Shown: positions 40,026 through 49,755 of the stretch, piece after piece | Layout: each line of letters starts with the position of its first letter | How positions within the stretch are numbered: the first letter of the stretch is position 1 | Origin: Candidatus Hodarchaeota archaeon | GTDB taxonomy: Archaea > Asgardarchaeota > Lokiarchaeia > Sigyniarchaeales > SOKP01 | Assembly (NCBI GenBank): GCA_048887225.1 | Contig: JBHLJY010000001.1 | Span: 1-64,000, forward strand | Length of the DNA stretch: 64,000 nt | Reading direction: 5' to 3' | Position numbers and translations under genes: made by a program | The notes under the pieces: generated by a model | Databases searched by the model: none | What the model saw: the letters and a program-made list of their open reading frames with translations, nothing else | Told to the model about the DNA's origin: nothing

Positions 40026-41000
40026 TTGAAATATATAATATTTTTTTCTGAAGCGACACCTAATCCTGATTTATTAGGGGGAAAAGGATCAAACATAATC
40101 AAATTATATGAATTGAATATAAACGTGCCCCCAGGTTTTATTATCACCACTAATTCTTATAATAAATTTCTTAAAGAATCAGAAAACTGTTATCAGTTAA
40201 TACAATTATTGGAGAACGATTTAAATCCGAAAGTGGTATTAGACTTGTCCAAAAAAATTAAAGATTTAATGTTAAAAATCCAAATTCCGTCAGAAATAAT
40301 TGAAGAACTTAAACAAGCCTATGGTATTCTATGTAAAGAAACTGACAGCACTTCGTCTTTTGCTGTCAGATCTTCGGCAAATATTGAGGATTCAAGCACT
40401 TTCTCGTTTGCTGGACAAGCGGAAACTTATTTATACAATAATTCTTTTGACGATATATTAGAATCTCTAAAAAATTGCTGGATTTCTCTATTTTCTCCAC
40501 AAGCACTGTTATATATAAATCAAATGAAAAAAAAAGGCATAACTTTCTCTTTATTAGATATCCAAATGGCAGTAATTATCCAAAAAATGGTCAATTCGCA
40601 AATTTCGGGAGTTTTATTTACTGCAAATGTGATTAATAATAACAAAAACGAGATGCTAATAAATTCAACATGGGGTCTTGGTGAAACTATAGCTAACAAT
40701 ATGATTATTCCCGATACATTTATAATAAATAAAAAAGAATTTGAAATAATTAAAGCTATGATGGGGAAAAAGGAGAAAATAGCGATTAAGAATCCTCACG
40801 GTTCACACACCATTTTGATAGAGACAGAACCAAAATCTAAGGTAAAATACTCATTAAGTGAGGAACAATTACGCCAACTTCACAAATTAGGATTAACCCT
40901 CGAAAATAGGTTCAATTATCCTCAAGATATAGAATGGGCAATAGAAAAAGACGTGATTTATACTTTACAAACCCGACCTATTACAACCCTTAAGAAGTAA
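40026..41000 (+). CDS. Stand-alone PEP synthase/PPDK N-terminal ATP-grasp domain
   Basis: GGKG, VPPGF, AVRSSA..ED....SFAGQ, QKMV, SGVLFT, GLGE, PQDIEWA, LQTRPIT then stop; likely TTG start 40017/40026 (track start 39942). Confidence 0.9.
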   Translation: MKYIIFFSEATPNPDLLGGKGSNIIKLYELNINVPPGFIITTNSYNKFLKESENCYQLIQLLENDLNPKVVLDLSKKIKDLMLKIQIPSEIIEELKQAYGILCKETDSTSSFAVRSSANIEDSSTFSFAGQAETYLYNNSFDDILESLKNCWISLFSPQALLYINQMKKKGITFSLLDIQMAVIIQKMVNSQISGVLFTANVINNNKNEMLINSTWGLGETIANNMIIPDTFIINKKEFEIIKAMMGKKEKIAIKNPHGSHTILIETEPKSKVKYSLSEEQLRQLHKLGLTLENRFNYPQDIEWAIEKDVIYTLQTRPITTLKK

Positions 41001-41007
41001 TTTATAA

Positions 41008-42417
41008 TCAGAGTCCTTTATCCCGTAAATTGGCTTTTAAGGTATATAATTTTTCACCTTTTAGATCGTATCCTATTAACATAATAACACCCGCCACAAA
41101 GCAGAAAATCATTGGGATCAAAGCTTGATGAACTCGAACGCCCCATACTGCTAATGATGTTTGAACAGCATTTAGATCTTGAGTATATCCCGTTAAAATG
41201 TGAATCCCTCCTATAATTAGGGCTTGAAGGATAACTGCGATGCGTAAAAAAATTACTCTAATTCCAAAGAGTGTCGCTTCTTGATGTCTTTCGCAAGCAT
41301 TAGTAACTTCATCGTAGCAATCTGATGTAATCGGTAAAACCATTACAGTATAGCATGAACTTGCTATACCACGAAATGCAGAATAGAAAGTAGCCTCTTG
41401 CCAGGTTGTTAACCACAAATATGGTATATAAGCAGCCCCAGATAGAAATATGCCAACAATAAATGTTGTCACATTCCCATATTTTCTAGCAAATATAACC
41501 CAGAAAGGTACAGATACCATGACAAAAATGAAATAAACTATAGTAGAGAAGATTGAAAAAAATATGGGCACTCCCAATACATCTTTAAAGAAATATATTC
41601 CTGAGGCCATATTTAACGCAATAGCAACATTGACTAATGTAATAGCAATCAAAGCTACCATGAAATTCCTCCTTTCAAAAGCATGTTTCATCATTTTTAA
41701 AAACGATATCCTTGACTCATCTTTATATCCTTGAAAATAACGCTCCTTTACTTCCGGTGATTCGTGGATACCTGGAATTAGTATAATTACACAAATAGCT
41801 AAAACTAAAATACTTATAATCGCAGTTAAAACGAAAGTGCTCTTCTGCCCATATTTGATAATAAATAAAGGAATAATAGACAAGAAGAATAGGGTTATCC
41901 CAGGGAATATAAAAGCAAATGCACTTGCTCTTCTGCGTTCAAAATCTTCTCGGAATTGGTTAGCAAATCCTCCTTGAAAGTGTTCTTGAAAAATCATTAT
42001 AAATGAACCGAATAGACATGATATTATTAATAAATACCAAAAAATAGGCCAAGGATTCAATTTAGCATTGATATTGGGTGGAGTATAGAGGAGTAAATAA
42101 AATAATAAAGTTGGAATGGCCGCTATTATCACCCAAGGAGCGCGAAATCCAATTTTCTTGGACCATCTATATGGCTTATCAGTCAAGTAACCTAAGAAAG
42201 GACTACTAATCATAACCCATACTGTAAATAAAATAAGCGCAAGAGAAACTAGTCCAACTTCTAAGCCTACTTCGACTTCGTAAAAATAAAATATAAACGA
42301 GTTATAAGCTAACAGTAGATATAAACTAAGAATAAAACCAAAAGAATAAGATAACATTTTTCCCGTAGAAGCGATTTCCCATTTATTTTTCAAGTGATCG
42401 TAACTTTTTGTGGTCAT
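41008..42417 (-). CDS. MFS transporter, glycoside-pentoside-hexuronide (MelB-like) family
   Basis: P.LGYLTD, GFRAPW, D..DE......R.E, C-terminal YDLKG; about 12 TM. Confidence 0.88.
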   Translation of the reverse strand: MTTKSYDHLKNKWEIASTGKMLSYSFGFILSLYLLLAYNSFIFYFYEVEVGLEVGLVSLALILFTVWVMISSPFLGYLTDKPYRWSKKIGFRAPWVIIAAIPTLLFYLLLYTPPNINAKLNPWPIFWYLLIISCLFGSFIMIFQEHFQGGFANQFREDFERRRASAFAFIFPGITLFFLSIIPLFIIKYGQKSTFVLTAIISILVLAICVIILIPGIHESPEVKERYFQGYKDESRISFLKMMKHAFERRNFMVALIAITLVNVAIALNMASGIYFFKDVLGVPIFFSIFSTIVYFIFVMVSVPFWVIFARKYGNVTTFIVGIFLSGAAYIPYLWLTTWQEATFYSAFRGIASSCYTVMVLPITSDCYDEVTNACERHQEATLFGIRVIFLRIAVILQALIIGGIHILTGYTQDLNAVQTSLAVWGVRVHQALIPMIFCFVAGVIMLIGYDLKGEKLYTLKANLRDKGL

Positions 42418-42557
42418 GACTAGTTATCGATAATTTATCAATTTTAGATTGAAAATTGTTTTTCAATTTTATATTTTTTCGAATTTAGTTTTCTCAATTC
42501 AACAAAAAATAATTTACATAAATGAGAAAATTTTGAAATAAAAAGAGATTAAAGTTT

Positions 42558-45053
42558 TTATTTATTCTTAAATAAATTAGATAATTTTTCTTGAATTAAG
42601 TTTGCAAGATTCTTAAAATCTTTAATTAGCGGACTAATTTCTTTCGCAATCTCAGATTCCAATTCTATTGCCTTTTCAATGTATTCTAATGCTTTATCAT
42701 ATTCCTTATTATCGTAGTAAATGCTTCCTAGAAATAACCATGCTCTAGCATGATCAGAATTTAAGTCTGTTGCCTTTTTATAGCTTTCAATCGCTTGATT
42801 CGATTCGTTTTTATGTTTATAAACATTTCCTTTTCTATACCACGCAATTGCGTAATTTGGATCGATTTCTAATGCTTTATTGATTGAATTTAATGCATTA
42901 TCGTATTCACTTTTAAGGACGTACGCTAGACCCATATCGTTCCACGCATTCACATGATTCGGATCTAATTCTACAGCTTTGTTAAAGTATTCAATCGCTT
43001 TATCGTAATCCTTCTTATTATGATAAGCGTTGCCCATGTTAAAATAAGACTCTACATATGTTTCATCAAGTTTAATTGCTTTATTACAAAAATCAATTGC
43101 TACATCATATTCTCCGTTTTCTAAATCTTGCTTGACCTTATTATCTAGTTCTTGTTCATATAGTAATTTAATTTTAGAAATTTCTTCCTCTTTAATGGTT
43201 TTATCTTTTATAAGTTCAGATATTTGTAGCGCTTTATCGTAATCTTTAAATGCTTCCTCAAATTTGTTTTTCATTGCTAAAAGATTTCCATATTCTGATG
43301 TTGCACTAATTAACTTTTTTAACTCGTTATCTCTTACGACCGTATATTCAATTAAATCAATGAATTTTAACGCTTTGTCAATTTCTTGTACGGACTTATT
43401 AAATTTATTCCCCTCTGCCTGTAAATCTCCTTGTTCAATTAATAATTCTATTTGATTAGAATAAACGCTATCTATTTGATGTTTAATATCGCTAATCTTT
43501 TTCCTTTTACTTTCAGGATCGGTAATTGAGTTAGCTCGTTCCAATTCTTTGTTAAGTTCGTCTAGTTCTTTTTCGAATTTCTTTTGCTCTTCTGTAACAT
43601 AACCTTCCGCAACAACTTGCTTCATTTCAGATTGGTACAACAAATTTTTAATAGTGCTAATTTGCTTCTCCATTTCATCTGAGACATACATTTTATTGGA
43701 AATCTTCATTGCCCTATTGAATATCTCTCTAGCTTCTTCAAATTTCTTTTTGCTTAATTCATTTTTTCCTTTTTCTAAAATGTTTTCAATTTCGGAAGAA
43801 TAAATTTGATTTATCATATTTTTTATATTATCCATCTCAACATTATCATCTTCATCGCATGCCATATTTTTTGCCATGCTTAAAGCAGAATACATTTCGC
43901 TAATAGCTTTTTCATACTCTTTTTGCTCCCTATATTGAACTCCTTTGTCTTTTCTGATTTTAATTCCTGCTGAACATGTTTGATCAATTAAATTAGTTAT
44001 TATATCTAATTGATTATTTTTATCTTCAGAATCTACCATTTCTTTAGCAATCTTCAACACATTATTAAATATTTCGGCAGCTTCAATAACTTTTGAGACT
44101 GACTCGTCATAATTTTTTTCTTCCGTTATTTGCATTCCACGTTCTTTAATTGGTTTGATTTTCTCAACTAACAATGGATTAATTAATTCACCAATAGCGT
44201 TAAAATCCCTCTTTTTTTGGTTGGTATCAAACATTTTATTTCCAATATTTATTGCATTTTTTAACTCATTAATGGCCTCATCGGGATTATTTTGGTCTAT
44301 TAATTCTTTTGCTTTCCCTAATATTGGTTGTATTTTCTCTGAATGTATTTGGTTGATTAAGTCTTTTATATTTGATATTTCTGCTTCTTTTAACTCAGAT
44401 TCATACATTTTATCTGCCATATTCATGGCATTCTCATAATTTTTAATTGCTTCTTCAGATTTACCGTCTTGTTTCATCTGATTTCCTTGAGCCTCAATTA
44501 CCTCTATTTTATCAGAATAAGTTTGATTAGTGAGATTTTTTATATTAATAATATCTTCATTCTCTGGCTCAGAACTGTAAATCTCATTAGCATCATTCAA
44601 CGCTTTTTTGAATATTTCAATCGCGTTGTCAGATTTTAGTTCTTCTTTTAATTTTTTACCCTGTTCTATTACTACTTTTAAATCTGTTTTACTTATTTCG
44701 TATTTAATTTTTTTAATTTCAGAATCTTTTAAACCGATATCGTCAATATTGTTAGCAGTATCTATAGCGTTATTTAAATTATTTATTGCCTCATCAAATT
44801 CTTTTATTTCCACTAAATGATTTGTTTGTTTTATTACATCATTAATTTCAGCAGAATAAGTTTGATCTATTTTTTTTATTATTTTTTTTACTTCAATTTC
44901 TCTATCTTCCATACTTGTAGCTTTTAAACGAAGAAAATTTATACCCTCCCTATATTTTCTAACAGCCTCTTTATAATTCTTCTTATTTGTGAGATCATCA
45001 GCTTCTTGTAATATAGGGTTTAGTTTTTTTAAAATGGATGATTTTTTTGCCAT
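42558..45053 (-). CDS. Large helical-repeat protein with C-terminal canonical TPRs
   Basis: ~58-aa helical repeats followed by five TPRs (e.g. AWNDMGLAY...ALEIDP). Confidence 0.85.
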   Translation of the reverse strand: MAKKSSILKKLNPILQEADDLTNKKNYKEAVRKYREGINFLRLKATSMEDREIEVKKIIKKIDQTYSAEINDVIKQTNHLVEIKEFDEAINNLNNAIDTANNIDDIGLKDSEIKKIKYEISKTDLKVVIEQGKKLKEELKSDNAIEIFKKALNDANEIYSSEPENEDIINIKNLTNQTYSDKIEVIEAQGNQMKQDGKSEEAIKNYENAMNMADKMYESELKEAEISNIKDLINQIHSEKIQPILGKAKELIDQNNPDEAINELKNAINIGNKMFDTNQKKRDFNAIGELINPLLVEKIKPIKERGMQITEEKNYDESVSKVIEAAEIFNNVLKIAKEMVDSEDKNNQLDIITNLIDQTCSAGIKIRKDKGVQYREQKEYEKAISEMYSALSMAKNMACDEDDNVEMDNIKNMINQIYSSEIENILEKGKNELSKKKFEEAREIFNRAMKISNKMYVSDEMEKQISTIKNLLYQSEMKQVVAEGYVTEEQKKFEKELDELNKELERANSITDPESKRKKISDIKHQIDSVYSNQIELLIEQGDLQAEGNKFNKSVQEIDKALKFIDLIEYTVVRDNELKKLISATSEYGNLLAMKNKFEEAFKDYDKALQISELIKDKTIKEEEISKIKLLYEQELDNKVKQDLENGEYDVAIDFCNKAIKLDETYVESYFNMGNAYHNKKDYDKAIEYFNKAVELDPNHVNAWNDMGLAYVLKSEYDNALNSINKALEIDPNYAIAWYRKGNVYKHKNESNQAIESYKKATDLNSDHARAWLFLGSIYYDNKEYDKALEYIEKAIELESEIAKEISPLIKDFKNLANLIQEKLSNLFKNK

Positions 45054-45155
45054 TGTTTTATTTGCTCATCATTTTATTATACAATATAATTTCTTTATTC
45101 TTAAAATTCGCATCTATTTTTATTTTTTTTTATTTTAATTCTTTTAAAAGGCGTT

Positions 45156-46313
45156 TCAATCTGTAAAGTAGAGATGTTCATCAAAACCAGTTTCAGCTAC
45201 TAAATCTTGCCCCAATTTTTGAATAGCACGCTTGGTTGGGGTTTGCAATATACGCCTCGCAATATTTATAACTCTCGATAATTTTACATCTTTAAAATCG
45301 TTAATTATTTTATCATACCGAGAAAAATCTATTCCCGCTGTATATACCCCTGCTTGGCCACGCCCAGCTTGACTTGATACTTGCCAATGTTCAACCTTTA
45401 TCTCTATTGAAGAGAGAAGGTGCGAACAAAAAAACCATTCCAAAAGAAGGGGCATTCTTTTTGACTTTCTTTTAGTTTGTTTTAACATTTTAGAAGCAAG
45501 AGATAACCTGTCAGGATGAATTTGTTTAAAAACTCTTTCATATTGGATTGTCATCTTTTCCTTAACGTGTTCTTTAATATTCTGCATAATCTCTTCTACT
45601 TTTTGAGCTCTCTCATCAGAAATTTCTTGATGAATAGAATCTATATGGCGATCGATTGCTTCTTGAATTTCTTGACTTCTATCTATTGATAAGTCATGTG
45701 GCCTTGAGGTATTTAAACTACTTATTCCACCCTGAAGTTCTGAAGGTACAGAATAAATTTCTCTTTGTGGAAGACTAAATATATCATCTAATTTTGAAGG
45801 ATCGTTTCTTACTCCTATGATTTTTTCTTCAATTTCATCTTTAGAATATCCCTGATTGATAAGGTAAAACGCAGCACTAGCGAGTTGATTCTCTAAAGCC
45901 TGTTTTTCGTCATATTCCCCCCCAAATTCTTTTTCTAATGGTTCATCTGCGATTTTACTCATTTCTTTTTCAGTTATTTCATTTAATCTAAGTCCATCAA
46001 TTTTAGTCAGAATATATTCGATTTGATTTGTATCTAAATAATTTAAATTCCCTGTAGGACCGATCATGTAGGAAACTAATTCCATTTTTTTAAGAACATC
46101 GTCTAAATCATTTTGCGTTTTCCCTTTTGATATTATTAAAAAATGTTCTAAAAATTTTTGATTAAATCCAGCAATTATTTTGAGGGTATTGTCATTATAT
46201 TTGTTTAGGTGATCGTTTAATTTACCTTCTTGAAGATCTGCTGGTAGATTGATGCCAAATACCAACACATTATCAATAATCATATTAATGTAGTCTGATT
46301 TCTGCATAAGCAT
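45156..46313 (-). CDS. Hypothetical protein
   Basis: 385-aa ORF, no motif recognised. Confidence 0.75.
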   Translation of the reverse strand: MLMQKSDYINMIIDNVLVFGINLPADLQEGKLNDHLNKYNDNTLKIIAGFNQKFLEHFLIISKGKTQNDLDDVLKKMELVSYMIGPTGNLNYLDTNQIEYILTKIDGLRLNEITEKEMSKIADEPLEKEFGGEYDEKQALENQLASAAFYLINQGYSKDEIEEKIIGVRNDPSKLDDIFSLPQREIYSVPSELQGGISSLNTSRPHDLSIDRSQEIQEAIDRHIDSIHQEISDERAQKVEEIMQNIKEHVKEKMTIQYERVFKQIHPDRLSLASKMLKQTKRKSKRMPLLLEWFFCSHLLSSIEIKVEHWQVSSQAGRGQAGVYTAGIDFSRYDKIINDFKDVKLSRVINIARRILQTPTKRAIQKLGQDLVAETGFDEHLYFTD

Positions 46314-46413
46314 TCTGAATTTTCTGAAAATTAATAATAATTAATTTTATTGCACCAAATCAAAACAAACCTATTTAATCTTATGAAAGAAATATTATTT
46401 ATTTTTTTACTTA

Positions 46414-48954
46414 TTAATAGTAAGACCGCTCCATAAGCGCTTTTATTCTTTCACTTTCTCTCTCATCCCTCTTACGCGCTGATCTTCTTGCAATGATCAC
46501 AATTATTATCACGGCAGCAAAGACAGTTCCAATAATAAGCAGGCCAAGAGGGCTTAAAAGAAATTCTAATATGCTTAAAATCTTTTCGCCTTCCTCATCA
46601 TCGTCTTCCTCTGAAATAGGAGGTAAAGAGGATCCTATTGCTTTTATAACTAAGAAATATTTTCCAGTATACTCAGCTGTATAATTAAGGATCTCATCCT
46701 TTCCCTTTATAGATGAAGTACTTGAAACGATAAGTACAGGCTCGCCATAGACGTCGGGTGTCGAATTATATAAATGTAGATCATAATCGGCTCCAGCAGG
46801 TACACTTAAATTAAAAATATACCATTGTCCTTGTGTAAGATTAACAAAACCAGCTTTAGCATGTTTAGCATAAGGATCATTATATGAACTATCAAGACTC
46901 GCGGTAAGCAGTTCAGATTTAGTTATATTTGTCGTCCAATTAAGAATCCATGCCTCAATAGCAGCATCAACATTCATTCTTCCGTATCCTTCATGAATAT
47001 CTTTACCGCCACGATCAAGAGTTGGACTATAATAAGGAATTCCCTCTCTTTTTAAAGGATAAGTTTCAGTTGCCGTCATTAATAATAGAGATTTTACCAT
47101 TTTTGATGTTGATGCATTATCCCAACTCCAAGCATTAATTCCTCCCATTGCCTGAACTAGAAGGTTTGCTGCACCTGATATGATAGGACACGACATTGAA
47201 GTTCCCTGCGCTCCAAACAGTTCATTTTTATAGGCATCAACGCTATAAGCTCCATTTGCATCGTTGTCGTTTGTATCGGCTGAGAAGATTTGTAAGTGAT
47301 TGAAACTTCCGCCTGGAGCAGTGATATCTGGTTTTCTTGTCTTCGTACTGTTTGAAACACCACCTTGGCTACTATATACTGTTATTTGGTCTAAAAAGTT
47401 ATTAGCTGCAACTGTGATTACTTTATCAGCATCTCCAGGAGACTCAAGATAATTCCCTCCTGGGCCATCGTTTCCAGCTGATACTACCACAACAATGCCA
47501 TTTTCGACAGCGTTGTCCACAGCATCATTTAAGGCTGTAAATCCTGGCCAATATCCAAGACTCATCGAAATTACGGTAATATTGTATATTTTCCTTTTGT
47601 TAATACACCAATCAACTCCCTTAACGGCATCTGATCCAAATCCTCCTCCGTCCTTGTTAATTACTTTGACGCCTACTAGCTGAGCGTCAGGTGCCACGCC
47701 TTTCCAGAGATTTCCACATCCATAATCGGGTGGATCAAAAGGCCAATGGAGTTCTACTCTAAACTTAAAATCAGGTAAAACGCACAAGAAATCGCCATCA
47801 CCGTCCTTGAAAGTATAAAAAACAACAATTTGATAATCTCCTAATTGGCTATTAACAGAGATTGTATAAGTAAAATTATTTGTCCAATTACCAGAACCAC
47901 TCTGGCCTTGCTGAGCAACTACATAACCATCATCATCTAAAAGATAAAAATCGGCTATAACATAATCTGAACCCTGAGTAGAATCGTTGAATAAACACTC
48001 GATTTCAATCTGCCCAAGGGAAGGTACATTAAAACTAGCGGCACCAACACCCTCTTGTAATCCGTCAATAGCCCAGAGATATTTATCATGTTCTAAAGCA
48101 TATGTTGAAACTGATCTTCCCAGACCATCCGCTGTAGTTCCCAGACCTGCCGCTATTCCCGCAACATGAGTACCATGACCGTTATCATCATATGCTGTAT
48201 CATTTTGTCCTGTTACATAATCCACAAATTTGATAACTTTCCCAGTTGTATCATTATCAAAAAACGTATGATCCTCGTCTATACCAGAATCTAAAATTGC
48301 AATTGAACTTTTATTATCTCCAGTGTAGGGTGTGTTATAATTCTTCCAAACATAAGGGCGAAGTCTTGTGTTTCGGGAAGTAAAAAAAAGATGAATGTTA
48401 CCAACATCGTCACCTTCAATGAAAAATGGAACTTTATCATCTCTTAATTGATTATAAAAATTCAAGAAAGCTTCATAATTAATGCTTCCTGAGAAGCCAT
48501 TAATTGCCTCTGTATATGTATATTTAATTTTTCCACCCAAGTTTTTGAAAAGTAGAAGATCAGTGGAATAATCGTAATTTTCACGAAACTGAATGATAAT
48601 CTTAATTGAATCATTTATTGTTGCTCTAATATTTTGAGTCGAAGATAATGACACTTTCTCGTTAGAGTCTTTAAGTTCTTTTATGGATTTTAATTTAGCT
48701 TCAAATCTATCATGTAATTTATTATTATTTTGATCCACTCCTAGATATAAATCCTCTTGAACAGCTGTCTCAATTCCTAATTTATTTTGCTGTTCAGATA
48801 TTTCCAGAGCTTGAATAGGAATATTCTTATTTTGTGAAATTATTTTATTAGCATTAGAATTTGGAATTATGAAGACAAAGAAAGGAGGTACTAAGATTAA
48901 CAATAAAAAAACCAGACTCAATTTTTCACTTTTTTTGGTATTTTTAATCTTCAT
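46414..48954 (-). CDS. Membrane-anchored S8 subtilisin-like serine protease
   Basis: Signal peptide, I9-like prodomain, ILDSG, GHGTHVAG, SAGN, GTSMS; acidic linker plus C-terminal TM. Confidence 0.93.
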   Translation of the reverse strand: MKIKNTKKSEKLSLVFLLLILVPPFFVFIIPNSNANKIISQNKNIPIQALEISEQQNKLGIETAVQEDLYLGVDQNNNKLHDRFEAKLKSIKELKDSNEKVSLSSTQNIRATINDSIKIIIQFRENYDYSTDLLLFKNLGGKIKYTYTEAINGFSGSINYEAFLNFYNQLRDDKVPFFIEGDDVGNIHLFFTSRNTRLRPYVWKNYNTPYTGDNKSSIAILDSGIDEDHTFFDNDTTGKVIKFVDYVTGQNDTAYDDNGHGTHVAGIAAGLGTTADGLGRSVSTYALEHDKYLWAIDGLQEGVGAASFNVPSLGQIEIECLFNDSTQGSDYVIADFYLLDDDGYVVAQQGQSGSGNWTNNFTYTISVNSQLGDYQIVVFYTFKDGDGDFLCVLPDFKFRVELHWPFDPPDYGCGNLWKGVAPDAQLVGVKVINKDGGGFGSDAVKGVDWCINKRKIYNITVISMSLGYWPGFTALNDAVDNAVENGIVVVVSAGNDGPGGNYLESPGDADKVITVAANNFLDQITVYSSQGGVSNSTKTRKPDITAPGGSFNHLQIFSADTNDNDANGAYSVDAYKNELFGAQGTSMSCPIISGAANLLVQAMGGINAWSWDNASTSKMVKSLLLMTATETYPLKREGIPYYSPTLDRGGKDIHEGYGRMNVDAAIEAWILNWTTNITKSELLTASLDSSYNDPYAKHAKAGFVNLTQGQWYIFNLSVPAGADYDLHLYNSTPDVYGEPVLIVSSTSSIKGKDEILNYTAEYTGKYFLVIKAIGSSLPPISEEDDDEEGEKILSILEFLLSPLGLLIIGTVFAAVIIIVIIARRSARKRDERESERIKALMERSYY

Positions 48955-49096
48955 TTAAAGTTTACACAAATTTCTGTAAATTGATTTTTTTTGAAAAAAC
49001 TCTTTTGAAATTAGTAATATAGTTCTTTTAAATTCTTGGAAATATAAATTTTATGGTAAATCTATTACATTTAGATTAAATAAAAATTATTTAATA

Positions 49097-49627
49097 TTGA
49101 AAAATTTTGATTTATTAAAAGAAAAATCTGGAATGTCTAGTTTAAATGGAAAAATAATGAAAGATAAAGAGAAATTAACTGCCCTTGATACGAGAAAATA
49201 CCCAATTCGTCCGCAGGTAGGAGTTGGAATTTTATTAGTTAGGAATCATCATCTTCTTTTAGTCAAAAGAAAATACGATCCTGATGCGGGGTATTGGTCT
49301 ATTCCTGGTGGACATCTAGAACTCGGAGAGAAAGTTCAAAACGCCGCTGAAAGGGAAGGTTTTGAGGAAACAGGTTTTAAAGTAAAGGTTTCTAAATTAG
49401 CAGGTATTATAGATAAAATTATGTATGATAAAGATGGAAAAATCGAATTTCATTACGTCTTAATTAATTACTTTGTAGAGCAAATAGATGGTAATTTAAA
49501 CCAACCTCCTAAAGCTGCATCAGACGCACTCGAGGCTAAATTTGTGCCTTTTGAAGATCTTCAAAACTATAAACTTACTGAATCTTTGATTGAGCTTTTA
49601 AAACAATTGAAGATCGGATTTGATTAA
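49097..49627 (+). CDS. Nudix hydrolase (ADP-ribose pyrophosphatase-like)
   Basis: PGGHLELGE....AAERE..EETG, ASDA; start may be ATG 49133 or 49157. Confidence 0.9.
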   Translation: MKNFDLLKEKSGMSSLNGKIMKDKEKLTALDTRKYPIRPQVGVGILLVRNHHLLLVKRKYDPDAGYWSIPGGHLELGEKVQNAAEREGFEETGFKVKVSKLAGIIDKIMYDKDGKIEFHYVLINYFVEQIDGNLNQPPKAASDALEAKFVPFEDLQNYKLTESLIELLKQLKIGFD

Positions 49628-49755
49628 TTTTTTAATTTTATATCAAATCTATTTTTTAAAAGAAAAAGAAATTTAATTCCGCCCTTATTATTTTAAATAG
49701 ATAGATATTGAATTAATTAGAAAAGAACTTAAAAATTTATTGTAGGTATAACAAC

